Positions 19,901-28,304 of a DNA stretch of 64,000 nt are shown piece after piece. Every line of letters starts with the position of its first letter. Positions within the stretch are counted from its first letter, which is position 1. The stretch is from an uncultured virus (IMG/VR IMGVR_UViG_3300047321_000100) (lineage: Duplodnaviria; Heunggongvirae; Uroviricota; Caudoviricetes): IMG/VR virus record IMGVR_UViG_3300047321_000100, one strand, 5' to 3'. Position numbers and translations under genes: made by a program. Under the pieces are notes generated by a model that saw only the letters and a list, made by a program, of their open reading frames with translations, had not been told where the DNA came from and searched no databases.

Positions 19901-20472
19901 GTGACACCAGCACCCGGAGCAAGCGCGGGCGCACTCGGCGCGACAGTCTGCGTCGGCCTCTGTTGAGGCGCGTTGTCCATCCCCACGACGGACGGATCGA
20001 GCCCATACGATGCAGGGCTCGGCAATGGCGCTGCAGGTGTCGGCTCGGCTTGCGGCGTGTCCTGTCCGCCGCCCTTCGTGAAGTGCGACATGACGCGATT
20101 GGTATATGCGCGGGTCTGTCCGCCCCAGTTCGCCGGGTCCGTGCCGCCGATGTATTGCGTCACAGCGCCCGCCGCGCTGCCAGTCCGTTGAATCCCCTCC
20201 TTCAGAAGGTAGGCAGCACCGAGGGCCGCGGCTTCAGGAGAGGCGGCCGGGTCGATCTTATACTTCTTGATAATCGCGGCGCGCGTTTCAGGGGTGATCT
20301 GGTACGGCGTAGTCGCCCCAGCGCTGCTCACCTGGTTGGCGTTCGACTTCTCGCCGGCCACGCGGATGCTCGTGAGTAGTCCGGGCGGAATGCCGGCCGC
20401 CTCAGACGCAGCCTGATCGGCCGCCGCGTAGACCGGGTCTTTATAGCTGACAGGAAAGGTCGGATTCGTCAT
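16951..20472 (-). CDS. Large ejection (DNA transfer) protein with N-terminal lytic-transglycosylase-like domain
   Basis: GEKSNANQVSSAGATTPYQITPET...GAAYL...TRAY; 1173 aa, helical and Ala-rich. Confidence 0.75.
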   Translation of the reverse strand: MTNPTFPVSYKDPVYAAADQAASEAAGIPPGLLTSIRVAGEKSNANQVSSAGATTPYQITPETRAAIIKKYKIDPAASPEAAALGAAYLLKEGIQRTGSAAGAVTQYIGGTDPANWGGQTRAYTNRVMSHFTKGGGQDTPQAEPTPAAPLPSPASYGLDPSVVGMDNAPQQRPTQTVAPSAPALAPGAGVTAQIVADYNSGRLSAQDMDAVDARVKAGKIQVDPSQLVRPAPPAADPNAGAAQAPNQSTVPPAAKPIGPQTLAALQAGTLAPDQLAIVKQGLADGSLVMPQAPQQPQGSDTGSSMGLLAGSTGLPASAMPTAPQNPTTAAQNGSTLSDIAERGVGGIAGSLLDIAAAGGRMVGANDFANQAVDARNQINEKIARDTSGSVAGKVAGAVGSAVPYVAAGGASLPTAVAGGAVAGAIPAIADNKSGAEIARDAAVGAGAGAAGFGVGKAIGAGLSALAENPTIAKGIAKAQGLFGKSPSEATKISAAGNATDAHVAADIAHASGNTPDQLATKLEQAPTPQTPGYTPTAAELANDANVTTVQKASTNANPSVFANASAENDAAIANELAQRGAPNNPGAPANPQAVDQAAEAAAQRSDALAAQGQAEVKPIAPDVAQKLQTPQFEAPVKLAQRMARDEGSTVFDDLQKARQADAGNTLKQIIGTPEQLDSMKAARSAQATDDLKQIFENAKPANPAPVLNTINSILAGPSGKRPAVAQSLNSLRNIIDNDGAPITDAQTLYDSVRKGIDDMVDPKMATANPAGVQASRELLRVKEVLDKQLEKSAPGFQGYLDKFKQASEPIDAMQSVQSRLYSAIDPVSGEVDPGKLVNAINSVKTEQMKPGARAADKVPQDTLDALTELARHLQNKNDLTGLPAQGQEYIRRALASSDKHAAAQAEFRNVLDSQSPAYKELHGAHAQNVSAIQSQQTSQSALAAAQEAIQNADSPSGLRSIEKMLPDMEAADRAKAIALRQQRARELALGEAQERNLNAAGKTEFNRGTFKTISDKYTPYMSASDARQFANVSDDLLRQTASYAKTGKIAGSDTAQNQSAVRRFGSNLGSALKDSAVQGLITGGVGSAFGPVGAVGGMAAGAITGALTRTVTQKVSSITTENAAKLLSNGKLLASALRNYESLAARQLFVQQLAAKVGFVGGAAAANQFNSRR

Positions 20473-21818
20473 TTCGTCGGGTCGAAGGAGTTTGCACCCG
20501 GCGTCGTGTAATAGCTCGGCGCCACCTTCTTGCTGAACTGCGTGAAGCTATCGCCCTGCTTGACGAACGCCGCACCGTTCGGCGTCTGCACCGTCATATC
20601 ACGGTAGGCAGGGCCAAACGATCCGTTATTGCTGCGCGCCCAATCCCCGCGCGCGTTCGACCATGCCGCTTTCGACGCGAGGAACTTCTGACGCGCCTCC
20701 AGATAGGTTGCCCATGCTTTCGGGCTGTCCGTGATCTGCGGCACGTTCTGGACCGCACGCGCCGTAGATGCATCCGTGAAGTTGCCATTGACCATGCTCG
20801 CGGTCTCAGCCTGCGTGACGAGGCTTGCTGCCTCCTGCCGCAACTGCTGCAGCTTCGAGGTGTCGCCAGTCCAGCGCCGTCCAGCCTGATCCCATGTCGC
20901 GCCGAGCAGACCGCTCGTTCCACCGTTCTCTATCTGGCCGAACGCGTTTGCCAGTTCTCCGGACTGATCCGAAAGCTGCTGATTGGTCTGACCGGCCGTG
21001 TATTCTGGCTGCGCCGCGGCGATAGCAGCAGGAGGCGCGGTGATCTGCTGATTGACGAGCCCGGTATTGGCCTGCGTCAGCGCCGTTCCTGCCTGAGTTG
21101 CATTGATTCCCGCTTGTGCTTGCGCCGGCGCATAGGAGGCCTGCGTTCCAGCCAGAGAAGCACCAGCGTTTGCCGCTGCGACCTTCGCCGGGACTGTGTT
21201 CTGCGCAACTGCCGCTCCAGCTTGGCTCGCCTGATTCGCATACAGTTCTCCAGCGGTGTTCGCGCTGCCTGCGTTCAGGATGCTCGACGCAAGCTGCTTG
21301 GCGCCTTCAGGGTTGGTGTTGATCAACTTTTCGAACGATCGAGTCTGGGCAGCGCCGGCCGTATCGCCTGCGTTCTCCTGCCGCACCGCGCGTTGCTCCA
21401 GCAAGTCGAGCGCACCAGGCACATCGTTCGCCTGTAAGCGCGCCTGCATGCCGGCCACCGTAGCCACCGCATCAGACGACATGCGCTGCCGGATGTTGAC
21501 CCAGTTCACCTGCTGCTGGTTGGTGTTTGCGTTGACTTGGTTGGCGAACTCAGGGTACTTCTGCGCGAGCGCCGTCCAGTCCGAAGCCTGCGCGTTCGGG
21601 TTGCCCGAGAGCGCAGCAGACTCCATCTGGAATGCTTGCTGTCGCTGGTTGTTGCCGATCTGAAGGTTGGCGTTCGACGCAACGGCCTGGTTCTGCGCAT
21701 TGGTAGCCGCCACCCGATCTTTGGCTGTCGCCAGGTTCTGGCCGATCTGCTGCCCTATCAGGGCGTTCTGCCCCATTTCCGTATCAATGCCTGCTCCGAG
21801 GCCCGAGAAATCGTACAT
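20469..21818 (-). CDS. Ejection protein (gp20-like)
   Basis: Q/A-rich; lies between the gp7-like and gp16-like genes. Confidence 0.65.
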   Translation of the reverse strand: MYDFSGLGAGIDTEMGQNALIGQQIGQNLATAKDRVAATNAQNQAVASNANLQIGNNQRQQAFQMESAALSGNPNAQASDWTALAQKYPEFANQVNANTNQQQVNWVNIRQRMSSDAVATVAGMQARLQANDVPGALDLLEQRAVRQENAGDTAGAAQTRSFEKLINTNPEGAKQLASSILNAGSANTAGELYANQASQAGAAVAQNTVPAKVAAANAGASLAGTQASYAPAQAQAGINATQAGTALTQANTGLVNQQITAPPAAIAAAQPEYTAGQTNQQLSDQSGELANAFGQIENGGTSGLLGATWDQAGRRWTGDTSKLQQLRQEAASLVTQAETASMVNGNFTDASTARAVQNVPQITDSPKAWATYLEARQKFLASKAAWSNARGDWARSNNGSFGPAYRDMTVQTPNGAAFVKQGDSFTQFSKKVAPSYYTTPGANSFDPTK

Positions 21819-22447
21819 TAGATTGATCCTCCGCCACCGGCGAACGCGTTAAACCCCTGCGTGATCGAGCCCAACCCCGATTTGAACGAATTGGCAAGGG
21901 CGGTATCGTATTGCGATGCTGCATTTGCAGAGTTTTGCCATGCCTGATTTGATGAATTCTGATAGACATTGCTCGCGGCCTGCGACCCGCTGATCGCATT
22001 CAAACCGTTACCCATCAATTGACCATACCCGGCGAGTCGCTGGGTGATGAGACCGTTGAGAGTGCTAATCGACGTATTGTCGAGCGTATTACTCGTGTTC
22101 GACCCGCGTAATCCCCCGGTTGCAGACGCGTTGGCGAGAATGTTCTCGTTTCCGGTCTGCATGAGACCTTGGTACTGAGCGCCATTTTTGATCCCGCTAA
22201 TGGCTGCGCTCTGTGCGTCGTTGCCATTCGCGCCCAGCAGATCGCCATAGTCGGTCAGCCCTGTTTGACCTGCTGACAGATATGGTGAAATCTGAGTCTG
22301 CATGGTGTCGTACTGCTGCTGAGCCAGTTGCAACTGATTTTGCGCCGCCTGCTGCTGGCTTGCGTTGGCTTTCCCGGCCTGATTGGCAGACATGGCAGAG
22401 CTTGCGACGCCTGCCACTGCGACCGCTCCTACTGCTGCTGCGACCAT
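21818..22447 (-). CDS. Ejection protein (gp7-like)
   Basis: MVAAAVGAVAVAG..., ISPYLSAG, ILANASATGGLRGSN. Confidence 0.75.
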   Translation of the reverse strand: MVAAAVGAVAVAGVASSAMSANQAGKANASQQQAAQNQLQLAQQQYDTMQTQISPYLSAGQTGLTDYGDLLGANGNDAQSAAISGIKNGAQYQGLMQTGNENILANASATGGLRGSNTSNTLDNTSISTLNGLITQRLAGYGQLMGNGLNAISGSQAASNVYQNSSNQAWQNSANAASQYDTALANSFKSGLGSITQGFNAFAGGGGSI

Positions 22448-22455
22448 GATTCACC

Positions 22456-22869
22456 TCACCCAATAGAGCTTTCGTATGTTCCAGAAAGAAAATATGTCCC
22501 TGCACCCAACGCCGCGCCGTCGTAACGGCTCAATGTCAATACCGACGATTCCGGGCCAACCACACCCGAAACCATGACACCTGCGGACGATGCGCCAGGA
22601 ATAATTCCCCTCTGGTCGCTTAGCCCCTGATGAGTAAATGGAAGCGTGACTGTCGGCTTGCCTGAAGATGGCAGCGACAGTGTTATCTCAACGTAAATCA
22701 GCGTGCCGATACTCGCCCACACGCCAGAGGCTGAACCAGACGAAGCGATCGGCGCATAGCCGTTCATGGCGCTGCCGTTCACCACGTTCCCGATTGCATC
22801 GGCCACCGCCGAATCACCATTCAGCGCTGCGGTTAGGAATTGTTGCGGGACCCTCGTTAAATTGGCAAT
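22456..22869 (-). CDS. Virion protein after the tail hub; possible ATT start
   Basis: GGGAG 6 nt before an in-frame ATT; frame open up to the gp10 TGA. Confidence 0.55.
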   Translation of the reverse strand: MANLTRVPQQFLTAALNGDSAVADAIGNVVNGSAMNGYAPIASSGSASGVWASIGTLIYVEITLSLPSSGKPTVTLPFTHQGLSDQRGIIPGASSAGVMVSGVVGPESSVLTLSRYDGAALGAGTYFLSGTYESSIG

Positions 22870-22884
22870 AATCGTCTCCCAATG

Positions 22885-24594
22885 TCAGGTCGCCAGCGCT
22901 TCCAACTCGACCAGCGCCCCAAACCACGTCACATGCTGCGTCGTCACATGCGAAATCCGTATCTGCATCCTGTCTCGTGCTAGGCCAGCCGGCAGCCATC
23001 GAATGCGTCGGTCATAAGCACCACGCGCAGCCGCCGATGCATAGCGAACCTGTGACCATCGAATGCCATCCGATGAGTACTGCATTGCGATCCGTGAGGT
23101 GTCTCCGGCCTGCCCCGTTACGCACTTCAGTTCTACCGAGCGCAAACCGGCAGAGACAAGCGGCAACAAGGCCATAGGGCCAGTAGCGCGATGCAAGACG
23201 GGCTGCCCATAATGACCGCCCGTCGTCGAATCAAGATAGCCGACGCGGTTGTCCGACAGATCGCCACATGCCCACATGCCATTGAATCGCGTGAAGTTGC
23301 GCGCCCGGTAAAAGCTGGTGTCTTCAGCGCCACTATTTAGCTGCGTCCAGAATTTCACACCAATGCCAACCGTCGCTATCGCATCGAATACCAGAGTTTT
23401 CGTCGGTAGATGCACGTACAACAGCTCAGAATCCTCGAACGAAATAGCCTCAAGGGTGACCACCGCGACCTGATCGGCAGTCAGTTTCGATAGTTCATAA
23501 TCAACCGCAGCAGAGCTGATCTTTGCCGGCGCGTTGCCGTTGAGCATCCACACGCCGTTAGGCATATTCCGGCCGCCGCCAATCCATGCCAGCGTCTGAT
23601 TGAAATAGCACATCGTCTGCCGAGACACACAGCCAATGTCGATCGTGTAGGACTGCTGAACGGTAAACGGGAAATTGTTGCCTCCCGTGTTAGCCATCGC
23701 CTGCGTCGTGTTCTTGCCAAACACATAAAGCTGGTTATTCAGCTTGTATTGCGCCGTGATCCCGTCAGGGTCATATTCGGCGCTACCAAAGTAGCCAGGG
23801 AAGAATGTCAGATTCGTAAGCGAGCTACACCACACATCCACGCCGTCCGTAACCATCACGTAACCGGCCATGAAGGTTGCATCGATAATCGGCGCAATGC
23901 CAGCCGACTTGCTCATATCGACCTGGATGAAGTTTCCCAGAGATGTCCACGTGAGATTGAACGTCGCGCCCGTTCCGCCGCCGCTCGACAGCACCTGCGG
24001 TGCGGGATTGGCCGGAATGAACTTCGTCAGCACTTGCGGCGCCGTCTGGACCGCAATCCCATTGATCACGCCACCGGCGACGCTCGTCACCTTCAGCGTC
24101 ACCTGCTCACCCAGCGGGCCAATGGTGATTGTGTCATTGACCGCGTATCCAGTCCCTCCGCTCACTACCGCAGCGCCCGTCACGTGGCTGTAGCCAGTCG
24201 GCGCATAGTAATAGAGCAGATTGTCCGAAACGATGATCAGGTTATCGAATCCGTAATCCAGGCGGCACTTCAGGCCGTCATTCGCCACAGTTCCGATCTT
24301 TGTGCGTGTGCCGCTAGTGTCGTATGAATAGACAGACGAGCCCTGCACCCGATACATCACGCCATTCCATACGATGCCGCCGCGGTCTGATTCACCAGCG
24401 GCCGATGATGCGACCCATTGCGATAGTCCGCCATGATCCGTAGGTGTGCCCGGCTTCTGATCCGTCGAGATCTGCCGAAGCTTCAGATTTACAGCAAACT
24501 CGGCCTGAATATTCCCATCGTCAGTTGTGACAGTGCCACCGGTCATCAATGGGACCGGGAACGGCTGCACATCGGCGAGGGGGACACGGGCCAT
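22885..24594 (-). CDS. Tail hub / packaged DNA stabilization protein gp10-like
   Basis: DRGGIVWNG.MYRVQG, SAEYDPD, SDGIRWS, RRIRW motifs. Confidence 0.85.
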   Translation of the reverse strand: MARVPLADVQPFPVPLMTGGTVTTDDGNIQAEFAVNLKLRQISTDQKPGTPTDHGGLSQWVASSAAGESDRGGIVWNGVMYRVQGSSVYSYDTSGTRTKIGTVANDGLKCRLDYGFDNLIIVSDNLLYYYAPTGYSHVTGAAVVSGGTGYAVNDTITIGPLGEQVTLKVTSVAGGVINGIAVQTAPQVLTKFIPANPAPQVLSSGGGTGATFNLTWTSLGNFIQVDMSKSAGIAPIIDATFMAGYVMVTDGVDVWCSSLTNLTFFPGYFGSAEYDPDGITAQYKLNNQLYVFGKNTTQAMANTGGNNFPFTVQQSYTIDIGCVSRQTMCYFNQTLAWIGGGRNMPNGVWMLNGNAPAKISSAAVDYELSKLTADQVAVVTLEAISFEDSELLYVHLPTKTLVFDAIATVGIGVKFWTQLNSGAEDTSFYRARNFTRFNGMWACGDLSDNRVGYLDSTTGGHYGQPVLHRATGPMALLPLVSAGLRSVELKCVTGQAGDTSRIAMQYSSDGIRWSQVRYASAAARGAYDRRIRWLPAGLARDRMQIRISHVTTQHVTWFGALVELEALAT

Positions 24595-24966
24595 TTAAGC
24601 TCCAGACTGCGGCGAGTAGAACAGATCGACGCCCGACGTATTCGCCGCGGCCAGCACGGTCGTATCGTTGTCGGCAGGATTGAGCGTCACTGCGATCGCC
24701 AACCCATTCTTGAACGCGCATGTCTCGACGCCGAAGTCCACGCGCACCAGTTGATTCGCCGGCAGCATGATCGTCATTGCGGGCACATCAGTCCCGAGCG
24801 TCGGTGCGGACGCTTTGTCGAACAGCTTCAGATAGGCCGTGACCGTCGCCCAACCAACCATGCCATCAAATCCGGTCGGGACCGCCGTGAGAGAACTCGC
24901 GTTGGTCGATGCGGCCGTGACGAGGTGAAACTTCTTGAGCGAACTGATTCCGGTCACATTCATCAT
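24595..24966 (-). CDS. Virion beta-sandwich protein (possible decoration)
   Basis: YLKLFDKASAPTLGTD; within the structural operon. Confidence 0.55.
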   Translation of the reverse strand: MMNVTGISSLKKFHLVTAASTNASSLTAVPTGFDGMVGWATVTAYLKLFDKASAPTLGTDVPAMTIMLPANQLVRVDFGVETCAFKNGLAIAVTLNPADNDTTVLAAANTSGVDLFYSPQSGA

Positions 24967-25190
24967 GCACCCCCGCCAACGCCAGAACCCGTACCGCCCG
25001 CGATCAGATCAGCCTGATTCGCCACAGCGATGAACCAGTCACGCAGAGCTTTCGCCTGCACGACACTACCAGTCGCGGCGATCTGCGACAGCACAACCGA
25101 GACATCGCGGCGAAATCCGAACGGATCGGCAAGCGTCGCAGGAGCGGGCGCCAACTCAGACCAGTGCGGATTCTTCTTCGTTGCAGGCAT
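24963..25190 (-). CDS. Hypothetical virion-module protein
   Basis: RBS and coupling to neighbours. Confidence 0.55.
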   Translation of the reverse strand: MPATKKNPHWSELAPAPATLADPFGFRRDVSVVLSQIAATGSVVQAKALRDWFIAVANQADLIAGGTGSGVGGGA

Positions 25191-25199
25191 GACAGACTC

Positions 25200-25412
25200 C
25201 TAGAGAGCTACTTTGATGACGTTTCCGGCCGTCGTGTCGATCCACAATTCGCCCGACCCGGCAACAGGCTGAACCGTGGGAAGCTGCGCGAGCGCTTGCA
25301 ACAGCAGGTTCAGCGATGTGCGTTGCGTCACGCCAGCCGATGTCTTGTAGAGCGGAATCTGATCCGCCAGGGCCGGCGTATCGTCGAAGCACAGATCCTT
25401 GATCGTCGCCAT
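25200..25412 (-). CDS. Small adaptor-like protein resembling the tailspike N-terminus
   Basis: MATIKDL...D.IP...GVT vs tailspike MSTINDL...D.FP...GVT. Confidence 0.55.
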   Translation of the reverse strand: MATIKDLCFDDTPALADQIPLYKTSAGVTQRTSLNLLLQALAQLPTVQPVAGSGELWIDTTAGNVIKVAL

Positions 25413-25413
25413 A

Positions 25414-25935
25414 TCACATCCCCGTGATGCTGTTGTCGCCGTCCCACAGTTCCAGATCCGGGCTCATGTGCGAGTCAGGACCGGAGTCGAGCTGCGGTGG
25501 ACGTTGCGGGTAGAACTGCGGGCCGTCCGCAAAGCGCTGGTTGCCGCTGCCGACAGGCATGTTGATCGGGCGCTGGTATTGTGGGATCTGCTTGTTGAAG
25601 AACAGCAGGTTGTCGCGCGCGAGCTTCAGTTGCGCCACCGTCACCGATGAGAGGTTCTTGCCGATGCTTGGTGCCGCGACAATGGCGGCTGACAGGATGA
25701 CCAGGTTCACAAGGCCGGTCGGCACATTCACAACGGTAGCGGCGTTGGCGATTCCTGGCGTATCCGCGTAGACCCAACCAGACACGCGCGCGCCCTTCGT
25801 TTCCAACTCCGCAAGATTTGCGTCCAACCGGTCACAGATGCGCGCCATTTCTTCGGGCGGGAAATCGTAAACGGCGCCGCTAAGCCCAAGCTCGGCGAGG
25901 CCGTTCTCGACAAAGTAGGACTTGGGCGCCTTCAC
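25414..25935 (-). CDS. Head-tail adaptor, P22 gp4-like
   Basis: ELGLSG.VYD..PEE...RLD, NMPVGSGN motif. Confidence 0.8.
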   Translation of the reverse strand: MKAPKSYFVENGLAELGLSGAVYDFPPEEMARICDRLDANLAELETKGARVSGWVYADTPGIANAATVVNVPTGLVNLVILSAAIVAAPSIGKNLSSVTVAQLKLARDNLLFFNKQIPQYQRPINMPVGSGNQRFADGPQFYPQRPPQLDSGPDSHMSPDLELWDGDNSITGM

Positions 25936-26276
25936 GAAGCGCTCTGTGCTTCAGGCTGCGGCTCAGATGAGGAAGGCGCAGCATCGGCCAAAGGGACAGC
26001 CGCCGAAACGTCCAGCTTTGCCTTCGCCTCACGCGCAGCCTTCGTGCGGCCGTCCAGCTTGGCCTGCTCCGCCGTGATCTGGTCCTGAAGCTTCGCGTTC
26101 TCGGTTTCGAGCACAGCCAGCTCATGCGCTTCGAGCGCCTCTGCGGCACTCTCGTACCAGCCTTCAGCGACGTGCGCGGGCGCCTCAATGGCGTCCACCA
26201 CCTTCTGCCTGATCTTGCCCCACACCGTTTCACCTTCATCCGTGTGCAGGATCGACTTAAACAGGGCAATCGACAT
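25932..26276 (-). CDS. Hypothetical late protein
   Basis: Coupled to gp4; putative promoter TTGAAT-16-TAGCAT at 26347-26320. Confidence 0.6.
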   Translation of the reverse strand: MSIALFKSILHTDEGETVWGKIRQKVVDAIEAPAHVAEGWYESAAEALEAHELAVLETENAKLQDQITAEQAKLDGRTKAAREAKAKLDVSAAVPLADAAPSSSEPQPEAQSAS

Positions 26277-26360
26277 GGCTTAGCCTCAATCGTTAGGATT
26301 CCGACGTATTTTACTCCGAATGCTACCTATCGGCCATATGTATTCAATAGAGCCTATCGC

Positions 26361-26633
26361 TCACTTCGCCGCCGACTTCACAATCTCCACCCTAACAGCC
26401 GGAGCGCCCTCCTGACCACCGACATTCACGTCAGTTGGGATTAGCTTCGAGTAAAGCTGATAGAACTGCGTCGGGTTCTCGCGCGCCCACTCGACAAGCG
26501 CACCCGTCCCGCCAAGATTCTCAAACGCTTGCCGGAACGCCTCCTTAACGGCAGTCGTCGCCTTGTTCGGCGTACCTTTCTGGCGCCCTCCTGTCTTGGG
26601 CGAACCCTTTGGCCTTCCGATATTTCCAGGCAT
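26361..26633 (-). CDS. terS: Terminase small subunit
   Basis: GRPKGSPKTGGRQKGTPNK, WARENP.QFY, LYSKLIP. Confidence 0.75.
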   Translation of the reverse strand: MPGNIGRPKGSPKTGGRQKGTPNKATTAVKEAFRQAFENLGGTGALVEWARENPTQFYQLYSKLIPTDVNVGGQEGAPAVRVEIVKSAAK

Positions 26634-26665
26634 GATAGTTTCTACCTATCGTCTAGTTCAGAAAG

Positions 26666-26851
26666 TTAGGATTGCTTCGTATGCTGCTCGTTCACAATCT
26701 CGCCGTATAGAATCTGCGATGCTGCAACAAGCTCCCGCGCCTCGGCAAGTGCGCTATCGAGCCGATCGACCGCGAGCAATGCCGTCAGTCTGTCCGTGCG
26801 CTTCTTGACTTCGGCAAGCCATGATCCGCTGTTGCACTCTTTCATTATCAT
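26666..26851 (-). CDS. Hypothetical protein
   Basis: Member of a coupled chain of small ORFs. Confidence 0.5.
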   Translation of the reverse strand: MIMKECNSGSWLAEVKKRTDRLTALLAVDRLDSALAEARELVAASQILYGEIVNEQHTKQS

Positions 26852-27018
26852 TTCGTTTCTCCATTCGAAGGCGCAACCCATCGAAACGTAGCCGCGCGCT
26901 TTGCTTGAACTTCGTCCCATAGCGCCTCTATGGCGTTAGCGTCGAGCTTCTTCTTGCCGCCGCGCGTTCCTGCTTTGGATTGCTCGGCGAGAGTGGGGAT
27001 GCGGGCTGAGCCTTTCAT
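26848..27018 (-). CDS. Hypothetical protein
   Basis: ATGA overlaps at both ends. Confidence 0.5.
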   Translation of the reverse strand: MKGSARIPTLAEQSKAGTRGGKKKLDANAIEALWDEVQAKRAATFRWVAPSNGETK

Positions 27019-27218
27019 TTCATGACCCCGCGCCAGTAGTCCACCCCTACCCACACGCCAATCTCCGATTTGCTCGAATGGCGGTCCCATTCACCGTTAG
27101 CGAAACGCACGCGCTCCGCAGCCTGAATTACGCTGCCGTCGTTCAGCCGGCGCTCCAGGTCGTACCAGCCGTCACGCACAGGCGGGGTTTTGCAGGGAAT
27201 CCAGTCGGTCAGTTGCAT
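27015..27218 (-). CDS. Hypothetical protein (TDWIP..TPPVRDGWY...WRG)
   Basis: Typical small nin-region phage protein; coupled. Confidence 0.6.
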   Translation of the reverse strand: MQLTDWIPCKTPPVRDGWYDLERRLNDGSVIQAAERVRFANGEWDRHSSKSEIGVWVGVDYWRGVMK

Positions 27219-27219
27219 G

Positions 27220-27486
27220 TCAGTCCCCTGAAGAAGCGGCGGGGGATTTTGCTCGGCGGTTCCATGCAGATAACGCTCGTTGCTCGACCTTGCTGTTGTC
27301 GGCATAACCGCCTTTCGATGTGTCTCCCATCGCGCTCACTTTTACCCCGCAACAGGTGCATCGGTATGTGATCCTGTCGGCGTATGCAAAACGCTCATCC
27401 AAGCATTCCATTTCGCGCTTTGCTCTCCCGCCACAGAAAGGGCATGGCAATGGAGCACCGGAAACACCTGCTTCAGTCTTTTTCAT
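27220..27486 (-). CDS. Lar-like restriction alleviation zinc-ribbon protein
   Basis: PLPCPFCGG...CTCCG...AWNRRA. Confidence 0.75.
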   Translation of the reverse strand: MKKTEAGVSGAPLPCPFCGGRAKREMECLDERFAYADRITYRCTCCGVKVSAMGDTSKGGYADNSKVEQRALSAWNRRAKSPAASSGD

Positions 27487-27773
27487 TTGCTTTCTCCTTT
27501 CGCTGCGGCCAATGCTTCTTCGATGGTCTCGACAACATAGATTTCGCCGGTCCATGCCGCGTGAAATTCTTCCTGCTGCGGAGTGAGGCGGCGTTTGCTC
27601 TTTACCTTTTGGCCGTCCTTGATCTCGATCAGGATCGTTCGCTGGCCGATCGCCACCACCAGATCAGGAAATCCCTGACCGACCGTGTGAGTCGGCACCA
27701 CACGCGCGCCGATGGATCGCAGAGCGGCCACGATCTCCGGCTGGTTGCGATCGGCTTTGGCGGCGTATTTCAC
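27483..27773 (-). CDS. VRR-NUC/PD-(D/E)xK nuclease (resolvase-like)
   Basis: D.NQ.EIV..LR..G, G.PDL, IEIK, LTPQQ..F. Confidence 0.8.
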   Translation of the reverse strand: MKYAAKADRNQPEIVAALRSIGARVVPTHTVGQGFPDLVVAIGQRTILIEIKDGQKVKSKRRLTPQQEEFHAAWTGEIYVVETIEEALAAAKGESK

Positions 27774-28024
27774 GCAGGCTCCCGGATGTCGTCGGTTACT
27801 TCATCGTTGATGGGAACGCCACTGATAGGGCGAAGTCTCGAATCCTCGATGTTCCCTTCAAAGCCAAATTCGCCGTTCATTTTCTTTACTGGCCTTACCG
27901 CTCTGACTCGCCACATCGGCTCCGCGCGATGAAATATCGCCGCCATAACCTCCACGACTACGCCTATCGTTTCTGGTAGCGCAGACCTGACGATGTAGGC
28001 CAGATCACCAGGTTTGCAGTTCAT
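27770..28024 (-). CDS. Hypothetical protein (MNCKPGDLAYIV...LRPI)
   Basis: Coupled nin-region ORF. Confidence 0.6.
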   Translation of the reverse strand: MNCKPGDLAYIVRSALPETIGVVVEVMAAIFHRAEPMWRVRAVRPVKKMNGEFGFEGNIEDSRLRPISGVPINDEVTDDIREPA

Positions 28025-28302
28025 TTCACACTCCCATAAAGCAGGCCTTCCACGGTCTCGTTAAGCACCGACAACTCATCCTTCTTCAGCACCTTCCAGA
28101 TGCGCTGCTGGCCGTGGATTCCGTTGAAAGACCCTTGATGGCAGTCCTTGCATAGCGGAATAGCCGTGAACCACTGACCCTGCTTCAGTTCGTGCGCGTC
28201 GCTCGGGCCGGCCGCTCCGCATACGCCGCAATCCATTTCCTTGATCGCGGCAATGTGAGCGCGCTCGTGCGTGTCAGGGGCGCGTTTATTCTTGCTCTGC
28301 AT
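28021..28302 (-). CDS. Zn/HNH-like protein (Ref/DUF968-like)
   Basis: CGVC...DAH...IPLCKDCH...GIH. Confidence 0.65.
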   Translation of the reverse strand: MQSKNKRAPDTHERAHIAAIKEMDCGVCGAAGPSDAHELKQGQWFTAIPLCKDCHQGSFNGIHGQQRIWKVLKKDELSVLNETVEGLLYGSVK

Positions 28303-28304
28303 GG

